Below are positions 1 through 8,754 of a stretch of 64,000 nt of DNA, one piece after another. Source of the stretch: Desulfatiglandales bacterium. GTDB taxonomy: Bacteria; Desulfobacterota; DSM-4660; Desulfatiglandales; HGW-15. Position 1 is the stretch's first letter; each line of letters starts with the position of its first letter. The position numbers were made by a program, and so were the translations under genes. The notes under the pieces are model-generated. The model was not told the DNA's origin and ran no database searches. It saw only the letters and a list, made by a program, of their open reading frames with translations. The DNA lies in NCBI GenBank assembly GCA_963667015.2, contig CAXXJJ010000004.1:1056001-1120000 (forward strand). Reading direction: 5' to 3'.

Positions 1-351
1 ATCCCTCTTGACATGATGACAATAACAATCGCCGCCATCAGTGTGGGTATCGCTGTTGACGACACGATTCATTACATTCACAGATTTAAAGAGGAATTTA
101 AAGTTGACGGGAGCTATGAGAATTCAGTTTCTCGCTGTCACGGGAGTATAGGCCATGCCATGTATTATACATCTATCACGATAATCATCGGTTTTTCTAT
201 ACTGGTCCTTTCAAACTTCATACCAACAATATACTTTGGTCTGTTGACAGGATTGGCAATGCTTATTGCCCTGATCGCGGCTCTCACATTGCTGCCTCAA
301 TTAATAATATTCTTTAAACCGTTAGGTCCTGACAGCAATGATTTGAAATAA
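1..351 (+). CDS. RND/MMPL-family transporter, C-terminal fragment (runs off window start)
   Basis: GIAVDDTIHY...G.AM..TS.T...GF..L..S.F.P...FG motif of MMPL/SSD-type RND proteins; frame open from the window edge. Confidence 0.85.
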   Translation: MPLDMMTITIAAISVGIAVDDTIHYIHRFKEEFKVDGSYENSVSRCHGSIGHAMYYTSITIIIGFSILVLSNFIPTIYFGLLTGLAMLIALIAALTLLPQLIIFFKPLGPDSNDLK

Positions 352-398
352 TATTTTATACATGAGAAACTTTAAAATTAATCGTTAGGGGTATTCTC

Positions 399-2273
399 AT
401 GAATGACTATTTAAAGGTACTTCTTCTTGATTGTGAAACATCCTTCAGTAAAATTCTCCGATACAGGATCGGAGATTTTTTCGGACCTGTCGACCTGGGC
501 CTGCATCTTTCCGCAAAACATAACAGCCTTAACATAGGTACAGGACTTCTTGCCGGGTCCATACTGCCGGGTTCAAACCGGCTTATTTTTACAGGTTTAT
601 CTCCGTGCTGGGGCGGATTTTTTATCTCATCAATGGGCGGCTCAGGCCTTGTATTTGACAACCTCGGGATCAATATGGTTTCGCTTATCGGGAAGGCCGG
701 CGTTCCTTCGGTTCTCTATCTTAACAGGCCTCATGGCGAAGATATCCATATAGACATAATTCCTGCGGATATTAATAAAATCTGGAAACAGGGAGAAGGC
801 GGAATCTTCTCTCTGTCAGATTACACGCTAAAAACATTCCAGGATAAATATGAAAATGATCCGCGTATCCTGGCAACAGGCCCAGCTTCAGAATCAACGG
901 ATTTTGGGGCGATAGCCTCTTTTCCGGTAAATAAAGGGAAGCTCTCCAGTGTTGACACATGGGCAGGCAGGGGCGGATTTGGCTCCAGGATGTTTAAGGA
1001 GCATGGTATCTGTTCAATTATTTATGGAGGCACTTTTATTGATGATGATATCAGGGACCGGAATGTAGTTGATGGGTGGTTTGAGGCCAAGTACCAGAAA
1101 AAAATGACTGCCAAGGATTTTGAAGCAACAACAAAATATCGTTTCGAGCCGAAATTTAATACCGGCGGAACCTTTGGAGTGAATTTTGCCACCATTGGAG
1201 GCAGGCTGCTTTTTTTCAATTATAAAAGCATCTATATGAAAGAAGATGAGCGTTTATCAGTCTGCAACAAACTTGTCCGCGATCATTACCTGAAACAGTT
1301 TAATGAAGAAACCATTAAGACAAAGCAGTACTTTAATTGCGGCGAACCCTGTGCCGCAGTCTGCAAAAAGATGAATGATAAATATAAAAAGGATTATGAA
1401 CCCTATCAGACCATGGGGCCTTTAATCGGTATCTTTGATCAGCGCGCCGCAGAAAGAGTTAACCATCACGCCAATATGTACGGGTTTGACGCAATATCCG
1501 CAGGAGGTGTCCTGGGGTGGCTGATGGAATGCCTGTCGGAGAAATTGCTGACACCTGATGAACTGGGTATCAGCGGGTATCCTATCTTTTCTTCCGAAGA
1601 TTTTTCCGCGGTATCCGATTCAATGCATAATGCCGAAATAGGTATGGCACTGCTTGATTCCATTATTGATAAAAATGGAATATTAAATCTTGAGGAAGGC
1701 CCAAGAAAACTCGCACGGCGCCTCAGCAGAGAAAAGGGCGAAGGGATTTTGAACGCCTTCATCTACAACGGATTCGGTCGTAAAGGCTGGATAGTCCCAA
1801 ACCAGTACTGGACATCCGGGGTATTGTCTCCCATGGCCATTATGGGGAAATATTACATGCACTATTCAAATGAATACCTGCCCCCGCGTGAACTTGGAAG
1901 AAAAAATGCAGCCCGCATGATAGGCGAAATTACCATGGATAACATGGGGTTTTGCCGTTTTCACAGACTGTGGGCAGAGGATATGCTGCCGGACATCATG
2001 GAAGAGCTTTACGGGTTAAAGGACAAATATAAAAAAAATACCAACATGACTGCAGCACGGATTAACAGCCGCAATGCCTCTGTATTCTGGGAATCTGAGA
2101 GAAATATTGATTTTATCCATACCTTTCTAAAAAGACGCAGGGATGTTGAAGAAGACAATAACCCCGATCTGTTAAAATGGATTGATGAGTTTGAAAAGGA
2201 TAAAAAAGAGGCAGCCCTTAATTTCTGGTATGAAATTCATAAAGGTATATCCGAGTCTCTCAGGGAATTTTGA
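399..2273 (+). CDS. aldehyde:ferredoxin oxidoreductase (AOR) family protein
   Basis: SP.WGG....SMGG.G, AGRGGFGS, CGEPCAAVC, YGFDAISAG, DNMGFCRF motifs of W-dependent AOR family. Confidence 0.85.
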   Translation: MNDYLKVLLLDCETSFSKILRYRIGDFFGPVDLGLHLSAKHNSLNIGTGLLAGSILPGSNRLIFTGLSPCWGGFFISSMGGSGLVFDNLGINMVSLIGKAGVPSVLYLNRPHGEDIHIDIIPADINKIWKQGEGGIFSLSDYTLKTFQDKYENDPRILATGPASESTDFGAIASFPVNKGKLSSVDTWAGRGGFGSRMFKEHGICSIIYGGTFIDDDIRDRNVVDGWFEAKYQKKMTAKDFEATTKYRFEPKFNTGGTFGVNFATIGGRLLFFNYKSIYMKEDERLSVCNKLVRDHYLKQFNEETIKTKQYFNCGEPCAAVCKKMNDKYKKDYEPYQTMGPLIGIFDQRAAERVNHHANMYGFDAISAGGVLGWLMECLSEKLLTPDELGISGYPIFSSEDFSAVSDSMHNAEIGMALLDSIIDKNGILNLEEGPRKLARRLSREKGEGILNAFIYNGFGRKGWIVPNQYWTSGVLSPMAIMGKYYMHYSNEYLPPRELGRKNAARMIGEITMDNMGFCRFHRLWAEDMLPDIMEELYGLKDKYKKNTNMTAARINSRNASVFWESERNIDFIHTFLKRRRDVEEDNNPDLLKWIDEFEKDKKEAALNFWYEIHKGISESLREF

Positions 2274-2338
2274 CCTGGATAGAGAGGGAGACATCCATAA
2301 CTCAAAACAGGTATGGATGTCCCCTTTATTACTAAAAA

Positions 2339-3109
2339 CTATTGTGCTGCCGGCAGTATGCACAGTTCATGGATTTGTATAAAAATTTTACTTTCTCGAG
2401 AGTTTACAATCCCGGTTAACGGTTTAAGCTTCAGTGCATCCAGTTCCTTATTAATTGCCGGTTGACTTTCCATCATGTCTTTAAAAGAATCAAAGAAGAC
2501 GTTCACAATATATTGATCCATGTTTCCACCAAACCCGACTTTTCCTACTAGGACACCTTTGACATTAGTTTTTTCTAATGCACCCACAACTTTTTTAAGC
2601 TGCGCTTTATAATCTTCATCACGGCCCGGTACAATGTTAACAGTAAAATTGACAATCAGCTTTGTTACATAGTCATCAGCAAGCGGCATATTTAAATCCG
2701 GTTGGGGAATAACCATGAAATCATGAGAACTTGCAACCATTTGCCGTATAGCAGATCTTACTGCAACAAGGCCAATCGGTATACTGGTTCTTGTTGCAAA
2801 TAATTCTGAATCCATTGCAGCAGGATCCCGCATCGGCATAACAATAACATATTGATCTGATATACCGAAACCGGCTGTTCTGGAGATGTACATTTCTTTG
2901 ACACCCATACCCTTTAGATCCGGAATTACGTTTTTTATTAAACTTTCAAATTCGATATCCATACCCGGTTTCACCTGTAAAACAGTGAATTGATATAGCT
3001 GTGGATTAGCTTCTTTATTCTGAGCAAAACCGGGGTTTATGAAAGCAGTCAAAAACAGCAAGACAAAAATTCCAAAAAAAACTGTAAACCCTGAAATATT
3101 CCTTCTCAT
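2339..3109 (-). CDS. exported hypothetical protein with two NIPSNAP-like (dimeric alpha/beta barrel) repeats
   Basis: Signal peptide ending GFA-Q; two similar halves (VKPGMD.EFE / IVPGRDEDYK; ..GFG.SDQY / ..GFGGNMDQY); RBS GGAGG. Confidence 0.55.
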   Translation of the reverse strand: MRRNISGFTVFFGIFVLLFLTAFINPGFAQNKEANPQLYQFTVLQVKPGMDIEFESLIKNVIPDLKGMGVKEMYISRTAGFGISDQYVIVMPMRDPAAMDSELFATRTSIPIGLVAVRSAIRQMVASSHDFMVIPQPDLNMPLADDYVTKLIVNFTVNIVPGRDEDYKAQLKKVVGALEKTNVKGVLVGKVGFGGNMDQYIVNVFFDSFKDMMESQPAINKELDALKLKPLTGIVNSRESKIFIQIHELCILPAAQ

Positions 3110-3550
3110 TTTTATCCTCCCTGTATATGTTATCCATAAGTCTCAAACCCTCAAATTAAAAAACAAATCCTGTTAAAGGTTAATAATAGACCTCAATCCA
3201 GCGACCTTGTTTATGTATTTGAACGTCGTTTGATTTAGAGAAGAGTCTGCGTTTTGAAATGGAAATAATCCGGGCAGAAAATCAAGAACTGATAGGATGA
3301 GCTAACAACTTGATCTTAAAATGCAACTTTACTTATTCAAGTAAATAAATGATAAGAGAATAAGTTACGCAAATCAATGCAAAAATCTACAACTCGGATA
3401 AAAAAACTGTTCAGGCGGCTTTCTTTTCATTTTCGATTTATACGCCTTCAGTGAAACTCATATTATGACAGCAAAGCGGATTTCAACGGTGTTGAACCCT
3501 GTCTTTTCTATCTTGGATGTTGAATTATTCTTAAGTGAAACCAGGAGGGG

Positions 3551-4624
3551 GTGATGGAAAAAAACAGATCAAACAAAACAATCAATATTAGTCTGGCCAT
3601 ACTTTCAATACTTGTAATGGTATTGTCTACCGCCCTTTATCTGCAGGGCAGGCAAATCAGTAAATTAAAAGAATCACAGGAATCAATAGAGGAAATTGAT
3701 AGAAATACTCATACGGGAACGTCTCAGGCAGAAAGAAAGGAAAAAGGTATTTCTACCGCAGCGAGCCTTACAGGTGAAGATGAAGAAAAATACAAAGCGA
3801 GAATAAAGAAACTTGAATCCCAGATAGCTGACATGCAGGTATGGCAGGATTACCTTGAGAAGAATCAAAAAGAAGATGATGAATACGCTGAATCGGAATC
3901 CTCGAATCAGCCTCTGACACGTACAATTTCAGATGCCCAAATGGATGAGATATTGCGCAGGAGCTATTCCAGCCGTTATGAGGATTTTATTGCAGAAAAC
4001 AATTACTCCTCTGAAGTTAAAGAAAAGCTGCTTGACCTGTATATTGAAAGAGAAAATAAAATGAGAAACGAGCTTCCGTCCGTGAATGGATTCAGCGGTT
4101 CCTTAAGTCAGGAAGAAATTCAGGAGAGGGTACAGAAGTCAAAGGAAATAAACGACGATTATGAAGAAAATCTGGCAGCGCTATTGTCTGAAGAGGGCGC
4201 TGCTGCGTTGAAGGATTATGAGAAAACTGAAAGGGAAAGATCCTTTATCAGAAACTTTAAAAAGATGCTCGGTGATGAAGAACTTGATAAGGCACAGGAA
4301 AGGGAGTTGATTTCCTTGATGTATGATGACAGGCTGGCTTCCGAGGAGGAACAGAGAAAAAAGGCCATGCAAAATGCTCAAAGATATACCTTTTCCGGAA
4401 ATCAACCGGACAAGGAGACCATGGAAATGATGCGAAAAGAGAGTTATGATAGGATGAAAAAGTTGTATGGAGATTATGCTCAATCGGCCAAAAATATTCT
4501 GTCGGAGTCACAAGCGCAGAAATTTGAAGGGTATGTAAATATGCAAAAATCAAGTTTAGACAGTGCAATAAGTTCCAGTACTGTAATTATAACTCGCAGC
4601 GCAGAGAAAAAGGATGAAGAGTAA
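3551..4624 (+). CDS. hypothetical membrane-anchored helical/coiled-coil protein
   Basis: 357-aa ORF, single N-terminal TM, Glu/Lys-rich helices, RBS AGGAGG. Confidence 0.7.
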   Translation: MMEKNRSNKTINISLAILSILVMVLSTALYLQGRQISKLKESQESIEEIDRNTHTGTSQAERKEKGISTAASLTGEDEEKYKARIKKLESQIADMQVWQDYLEKNQKEDDEYAESESSNQPLTRTISDAQMDEILRRSYSSRYEDFIAENNYSSEVKEKLLDLYIERENKMRNELPSVNGFSGSLSQEEIQERVQKSKEINDDYEENLAALLSEEGAAALKDYEKTERERSFIRNFKKMLGDEELDKAQERELISLMYDDRLASEEEQRKKAMQNAQRYTFSGNQPDKETMEMMRKESYDRMKKLYGDYAQSAKNILSESQAQKFEGYVNMQKSSLDSAISSSTVIITRSAEKKDEE

Positions 4625-4634
4625 TTCAGATCAA

Positions 4635-5918
4635 CTACTCATGCCTGAGTGCAATGATGGGATCTACTTCCGCTGCCCTTGCAGCAGGGTATATACCGAA
4701 TAGAATGCCAATTCCTATGCTTATCACCAGAGGAAGCATGATGCTTACCATTGTTATAACTGTCGGCATTCCGGAAAACAGGGTAATTAACAGGGGAATA
4801 AAAATTCCCAGACCAAGCCCCAGGATACCCCCTAATGTAGAAAGCACCACAGTTTCAATTAAAAATTGAACTATAATCTGTTTCCTTTTCGCCCCCACTG
4901 CCCGTCTTATACCTATTTCACGGGTTCTCTCAGTAACAGATGCCAGCATTATATTCATGATACCGATACCGCCAACCAGCAGGCTTATGCATGCAATTGA
5001 TCCAAGAACAATATTAAATGTCCGTTTGGTTGCTTCTGCCTGGCGAAGAAGGGCAAGGGGTACACTCATTTCATAATCCTCCTTATTATGAAAATTGATT
5101 AACATGGCTTCAATACCTTTTGCTGTAGACTCAACATTTTCTATATTCTCGACCTGAACAATAATCCTGTGAAGTTCAACTGAAGTTATCTCCCTCGATC
5201 CTGTAGACGTTTTAATATTAATATCACCATAGTATTCTCTGGCTACTCCGAGAGGTACGTATGCATCAATTTTGTCGTCAGGGAGTTGAACGTCTGATCC
5301 TGAACCGGATTCACTCTTTACTATTCCAACCACTTTGAAGGTGTTTTCCCCTATTATAATATTCTCGCCTATTGAATTTCTTGTTGCGAGCAGGCGTCTA
5401 GCGCCATAATCGGTCAATACTGCTACTGAAGAACGCAGTGTCGTGTCGGATTCTACAAGTATTCTTCCGGCTTCAAGAGGCCTCATTACTAGTTTAAACC
5501 AGTCCGGAGAGGTTCCTACTACTCTAAGTTCAAGTCTCCTATCACCAAGCCTGCCCTCCTTACGGACTTCCTTCACAGGGACTGTGGTTTGTACAGTTTC
5601 GAACGTTTTGGATATCCTGTCGAAGTCTTTATATGTCAACCCATACACAACTGCACGGTGACCACTGTGACGATCTCCGCTTACATCCTCTTCCTCTATT
5701 GGTTTTACAGAGCTGATTATTATGTTGTTACTCCCAACCTTTCTGATATCGTCAAGGGCCTTTTTGCTTGCACCTTCTCCAACTGAAAGCATTGCCACAA
5801 CACTGCCTACACCAAATATTACACCGAGTGTAGTGAGGAAAGAACGCAGCTTATGGAGCAGTAGATTTTCTATTCCAAGTCGAATATCACGATAAATCTT
5901 TGTATTTGTTATAATCAT
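4635..5918 (-). CDS. MacB/FtsX-family ABC transporter permease
   Basis: HKLRSFLTTLGVIFGV, ISLLVGGIGIMNIMLASVTERTREIGIRRAVGA, YPAARAA.VDPI.ALRHE. Confidence 0.92.
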   Translation of the reverse strand: MIITNTKIYRDIRLGIENLLLHKLRSFLTTLGVIFGVGSVVAMLSVGEGASKKALDDIRKVGSNNIIISSVKPIEEEDVSGDRHSGHRAVVYGLTYKDFDRISKTFETVQTTVPVKEVRKEGRLGDRRLELRVVGTSPDWFKLVMRPLEAGRILVESDTTLRSSVAVLTDYGARRLLATRNSIGENIIIGENTFKVVGIVKSESGSGSDVQLPDDKIDAYVPLGVAREYYGDINIKTSTGSREITSVELHRIIVQVENIENVESTAKGIEAMLINFHNKEDYEMSVPLALLRQAEATKRTFNIVLGSIACISLLVGGIGIMNIMLASVTERTREIGIRRAVGAKRKQIIVQFLIETVVLSTLGGILGLGLGIFIPLLITLFSGMPTVITMVSIMLPLVISIGIGILFGIYPAARAAEVDPIIALRHE

Positions 5919-6336
5919 TCTATTCTCTCCTCTCTATATGCCAACTTTCATATAAAATACTGGGCATTCACTGCTATATTAATGCTCAGGGATTGCCATT
6001 ATTATGACTCCTCCTCGTCCAGAATCACAATATGGGTACATAGAATGGTGTTAAATTTTCGTTTGGCTCTTTCCTGGTTCATAAAAACCTCTTTCAAGTT
6101 TAAAAGCACCAGTAAAGCTGTATGATTGAATGAGTAAAATAAGATGAAGAATCTGAGGATCTGATTATGCGGAAAAAACAGTATCAGATGTCGCAGGAAA
6201 TTCAATTAACAGAAATATTAAACTATTAAATTAGCCATGTCAAAATATGTTTTAAAATCTAAAAGACGCTGGATAATAAAAAGATTTTAAATTATATTAA
6301 CCTGTAAAACAGTTCTTAAAATAGTGAGAGTATGAA

Positions 6337-6849
6337 ATGGGCAGATGGCGTCCCCCTGGAATACCAGGTTCCAAATATATCACCCCGGAAGGTGAACAAA
6401 AATTAACTGAAGAGCTTCACTTCCTGTGGAAGGTTGAGCGGCCAAACGTTACAGCCCGGGTCGCGGAAGCTGCCGCACAGGGTGATCGCAGTGAAAATGC
6501 CGAATATATTTACGGCAAGAAACGCCTGCGCGAAATTGACAGCAGGGTTCGTTTTTTAAGAAAACGCCTCGATGGAATTACCGTGGTCGATACTGTTCCG
6601 GATAATCAGGATATAATCTACTTTGGAGCCTTTGTTACCATTGAGGATGAAGAAGGTGAAGAGGTTGAATATCGTATAGTCGGCCCCGATGAGTTTAATG
6701 TTGCCGAGGGAAAACTCAGTATGGATTCTCCCCTGGGTAAGGCATTATTGGGGAAACAGGTGGATGATGAAATCACGATTTCTACGCCAAAAGGTGCGAA
6801 AGATTTTTACATATCGAAAATTCGCTATTCTGAAAAACAATCATCATAA
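6337..6849 (+). CDS. greB: transcription elongation factor GreB
   Basis: YITPEG...L..EL..LW.VERP.VT..V..AAAQGDRSENAEYIYGKKRLREID.RVRFL; SP+GKALLGK. Confidence 0.95.
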   Translation: MGRWRPPGIPGSKYITPEGEQKLTEELHFLWKVERPNVTARVAEAAAQGDRSENAEYIYGKKRLREIDSRVRFLRKRLDGITVVDTVPDNQDIIYFGAFVTIEDEEGEEVEYRIVGPDEFNVAEGKLSMDSPLGKALLGKQVDDEITISTPKGAKDFYISKIRYSEKQSS

Positions 6850-6866
6850 TTTGAGGAGGTTCTCCT

Positions 6867-8156
6867 ATGTCGAAGGTAGTTAAATACATACTGGTTTGTA
6901 TGGTCATTTTCTTATCTATGGAAATTACATCGATTGCCCAGCAGGCACCTGTGCCGGGCGCAAAACCTCCAATGGTGCCAGGTATGATGGGAATGAGGGG
7001 ACCGGTTGTATCTTCGCCGGTAGTTGAATCAGATAATAAGGTAACCTTCAGAATTTTTGCCCCGAAGGCTGATTCTGTAACAGTCAGGGGAGATTTCGGT
7101 GATGCAGCACAAATGACTAAAGACGAACAGGGAATATGGTCAGTAACAACAGGTTCGATTCAGCCTGAAATGTACGGCTATTCATTTAATGTTGACGGCT
7201 TAACAGTATTAGATCCTTCCAACCCGCTTAACAACCGTTCCTCAATGATGAATCAGAATATTCTGATAGTTCCCGGCGAAGGTTCTGACTTTTATATGGT
7301 AAAAGATGTTCCTCATGGTACTGTTTCAAAGGTCTGGTATGACTCACCGGTTTTAAACATGAGACGGCGTATGGTTGTATACACCCCGCCGGGATATGAA
7401 ACCTGCAGCGATAAATATCCGGTATTCTATGTTATTCACGGGGGCGGCGGAGATGAGGAAAACTGGCTCTATATGGGTCGTGTCCCGCAAATATTTGACA
7501 ACCTGATCGCCGAGGGAAAGGTTAAACCCATGATCGTTGTCATGCCCAATGGCAATGCGGATCAGGCGGCTGCAGCGGATGCTGCACCGGCTAAAGCAAA
7601 TTCACAAGGGAGCAATAGAGGTTTTCCCGGTCCCGGGGTTATTCCGGGCGCCCCTGGTGCAGGAGGTTTTGCCGGTATCGGACCTGTTTACAGTGAAGAG
7701 ACATTGTCAGAAATAGCTGAAGAATACGTCAAATCAATCGGAGCATTTATCGATAAAAACTACCGGGTTCTGCCAGGCCCGCAAAACAGGGCTATTACAG
7801 GCCTTTCCATGGGCGGCGGGCATGCCTTCTTTACCGGAATAAAGTATCTTGATTATTACGGCTGGGTCGGAGAGTTCAGCTCCAGCCTGTTTGGAGGCCT
7901 GAATAATACAGGATTCAATTACGATCTTGATACGGCAATTTCAGGTGCCTTCAAAGACCCTGCCCGTATAAACAAAAAACTCAACCTGCTTTATATCTCC
8001 TGCGGCAGAGAAGATCCGCGCATCACAGCCACAAAAGGTATGAAGGAGGCGCTTGGCAAGAGAGGTATTGAGGTTGTATATACCGATTGGCCGGGAACAC
8101 ACGAGTGGAAAGTATGGCGACGCGCTCTTGCTGACATGGCAATGAAATTATTCTAA
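6867..8156 (+). CDS. secreted esterase (CBM48-like N-domain + CE1-type alpha/beta hydrolase)
   Basis: Signal peptide; VTFRIFAPKA..V; DVPHG.V; HGGGGDE; GLSMGG nucleophile; HEW.VWR. Confidence 0.85.
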   Translation: MSKVVKYILVCMVIFLSMEITSIAQQAPVPGAKPPMVPGMMGMRGPVVSSPVVESDNKVTFRIFAPKADSVTVRGDFGDAAQMTKDEQGIWSVTTGSIQPEMYGYSFNVDGLTVLDPSNPLNNRSSMMNQNILIVPGEGSDFYMVKDVPHGTVSKVWYDSPVLNMRRRMVVYTPPGYETCSDKYPVFYVIHGGGGDEENWLYMGRVPQIFDNLIAEGKVKPMIVVMPNGNADQAAAADAAPAKANSQGSNRGFPGPGVIPGAPGAGGFAGIGPVYSEETLSEIAEEYVKSIGAFIDKNYRVLPGPQNRAITGLSMGGGHAFFTGIKYLDYYGWVGEFSSSLFGGLNNTGFNYDLDTAISGAFKDPARINKKLNLLYISCGREDPRITATKGMKEALGKRGIEVVYTDWPGTHEWKVWRRALADMAMKLF

Positions 8157-8185
8157 CAGGTAAAGAAATTAGGTTCATAAAATGA

Positions 8186-8210
8186 AAGGGCGAAAAATAT
8201 ATCGCCCTTT
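8186..8210. terminator. hairpin between convergent genes (REP-like/terminator)
   Basis: aagggcga-aaaatata-tcgccctt inverted repeat followed by T tract. Confidence 0.5.
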
Positions 8211-8246
8211 TCTATGGATTAAATAAATTTTCAGCCAGGGAATAAA

Positions 8247-8702
8247 TCAGGTTGGAGGATCACTTACAAATCTCTTCATGGGCGACATGGCTATCTGGAA
8301 TACAGGCTTGGTTATCTTTCTGAAACCCAGGCCCCCGTGGCTCACACCGGCAGGGATAAAGATAAAACAGGTTTTTGTGATGGTCATTTTTTCGCCTCCT
8401 ATGCTGAAAGCGATTTCACCTCCAAGATCGGTTGTATCCCCCATATCGCTACCGACAAAACCGCAAATCTCATCATAATCATGTGTATGTTCCGGATGTT
8501 CCCGCTCGGGCAGCGAATCTACCGCCCAGGCAGCCTCAACATAAAAAGACCCGGGAACTACGCTGTCATCCATATAAATAACACGTTTAATGGGATCATC
8601 CGCAGGGTTTTTGTTCGCCAGATCTTCGGCTTCAAAATCATGTACGCCTTCCGGCACTTTAAGATTGTTACAAACTACTGCTTTTTGCTTGTTATCTGTC
8701 AT
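8247..8702 (-). CDS. cupin-like hypothetical protein
   Basis: PEHTHDYDE and FIPAGVSHG cupin metal motifs; directly downstream of the GRE gene on the same strand. Confidence 0.75.
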   Translation of the reverse strand: MTDNKQKAVVCNNLKVPEGVHDFEAEDLANKNPADDPIKRVIYMDDSVVPGSFYVEAAWAVDSLPEREHPEHTHDYDEICGFVGSDMGDTTDLGGEIAFSIGGEKMTITKTCFIFIPAGVSHGGLGFRKITKPVFQIAMSPMKRFVSDPPT

Positions 8703-8721
8703 GATTAACTCCTGTTGTCTA

Positions 8722-8746
8722 AGACGGGTTTAAAACCCGTCTCTAC
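8722..8746. repeat. GTAG-type REP palindrome, copy 1
   Basis: agacgggtttaaaacccgtctctac; identical at 50275-50299, near-identical at 15719-15743. Confidence 0.8.
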
Positions 8747-8754
8747 AAAATATT

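Noticed and set aside
6002..6205. 67-aa minus-strand ORF upstream of the MacB permease
   Set aside because: No RBS or recognisable motif; likely chance ORF in AT-rich intergenic DNA
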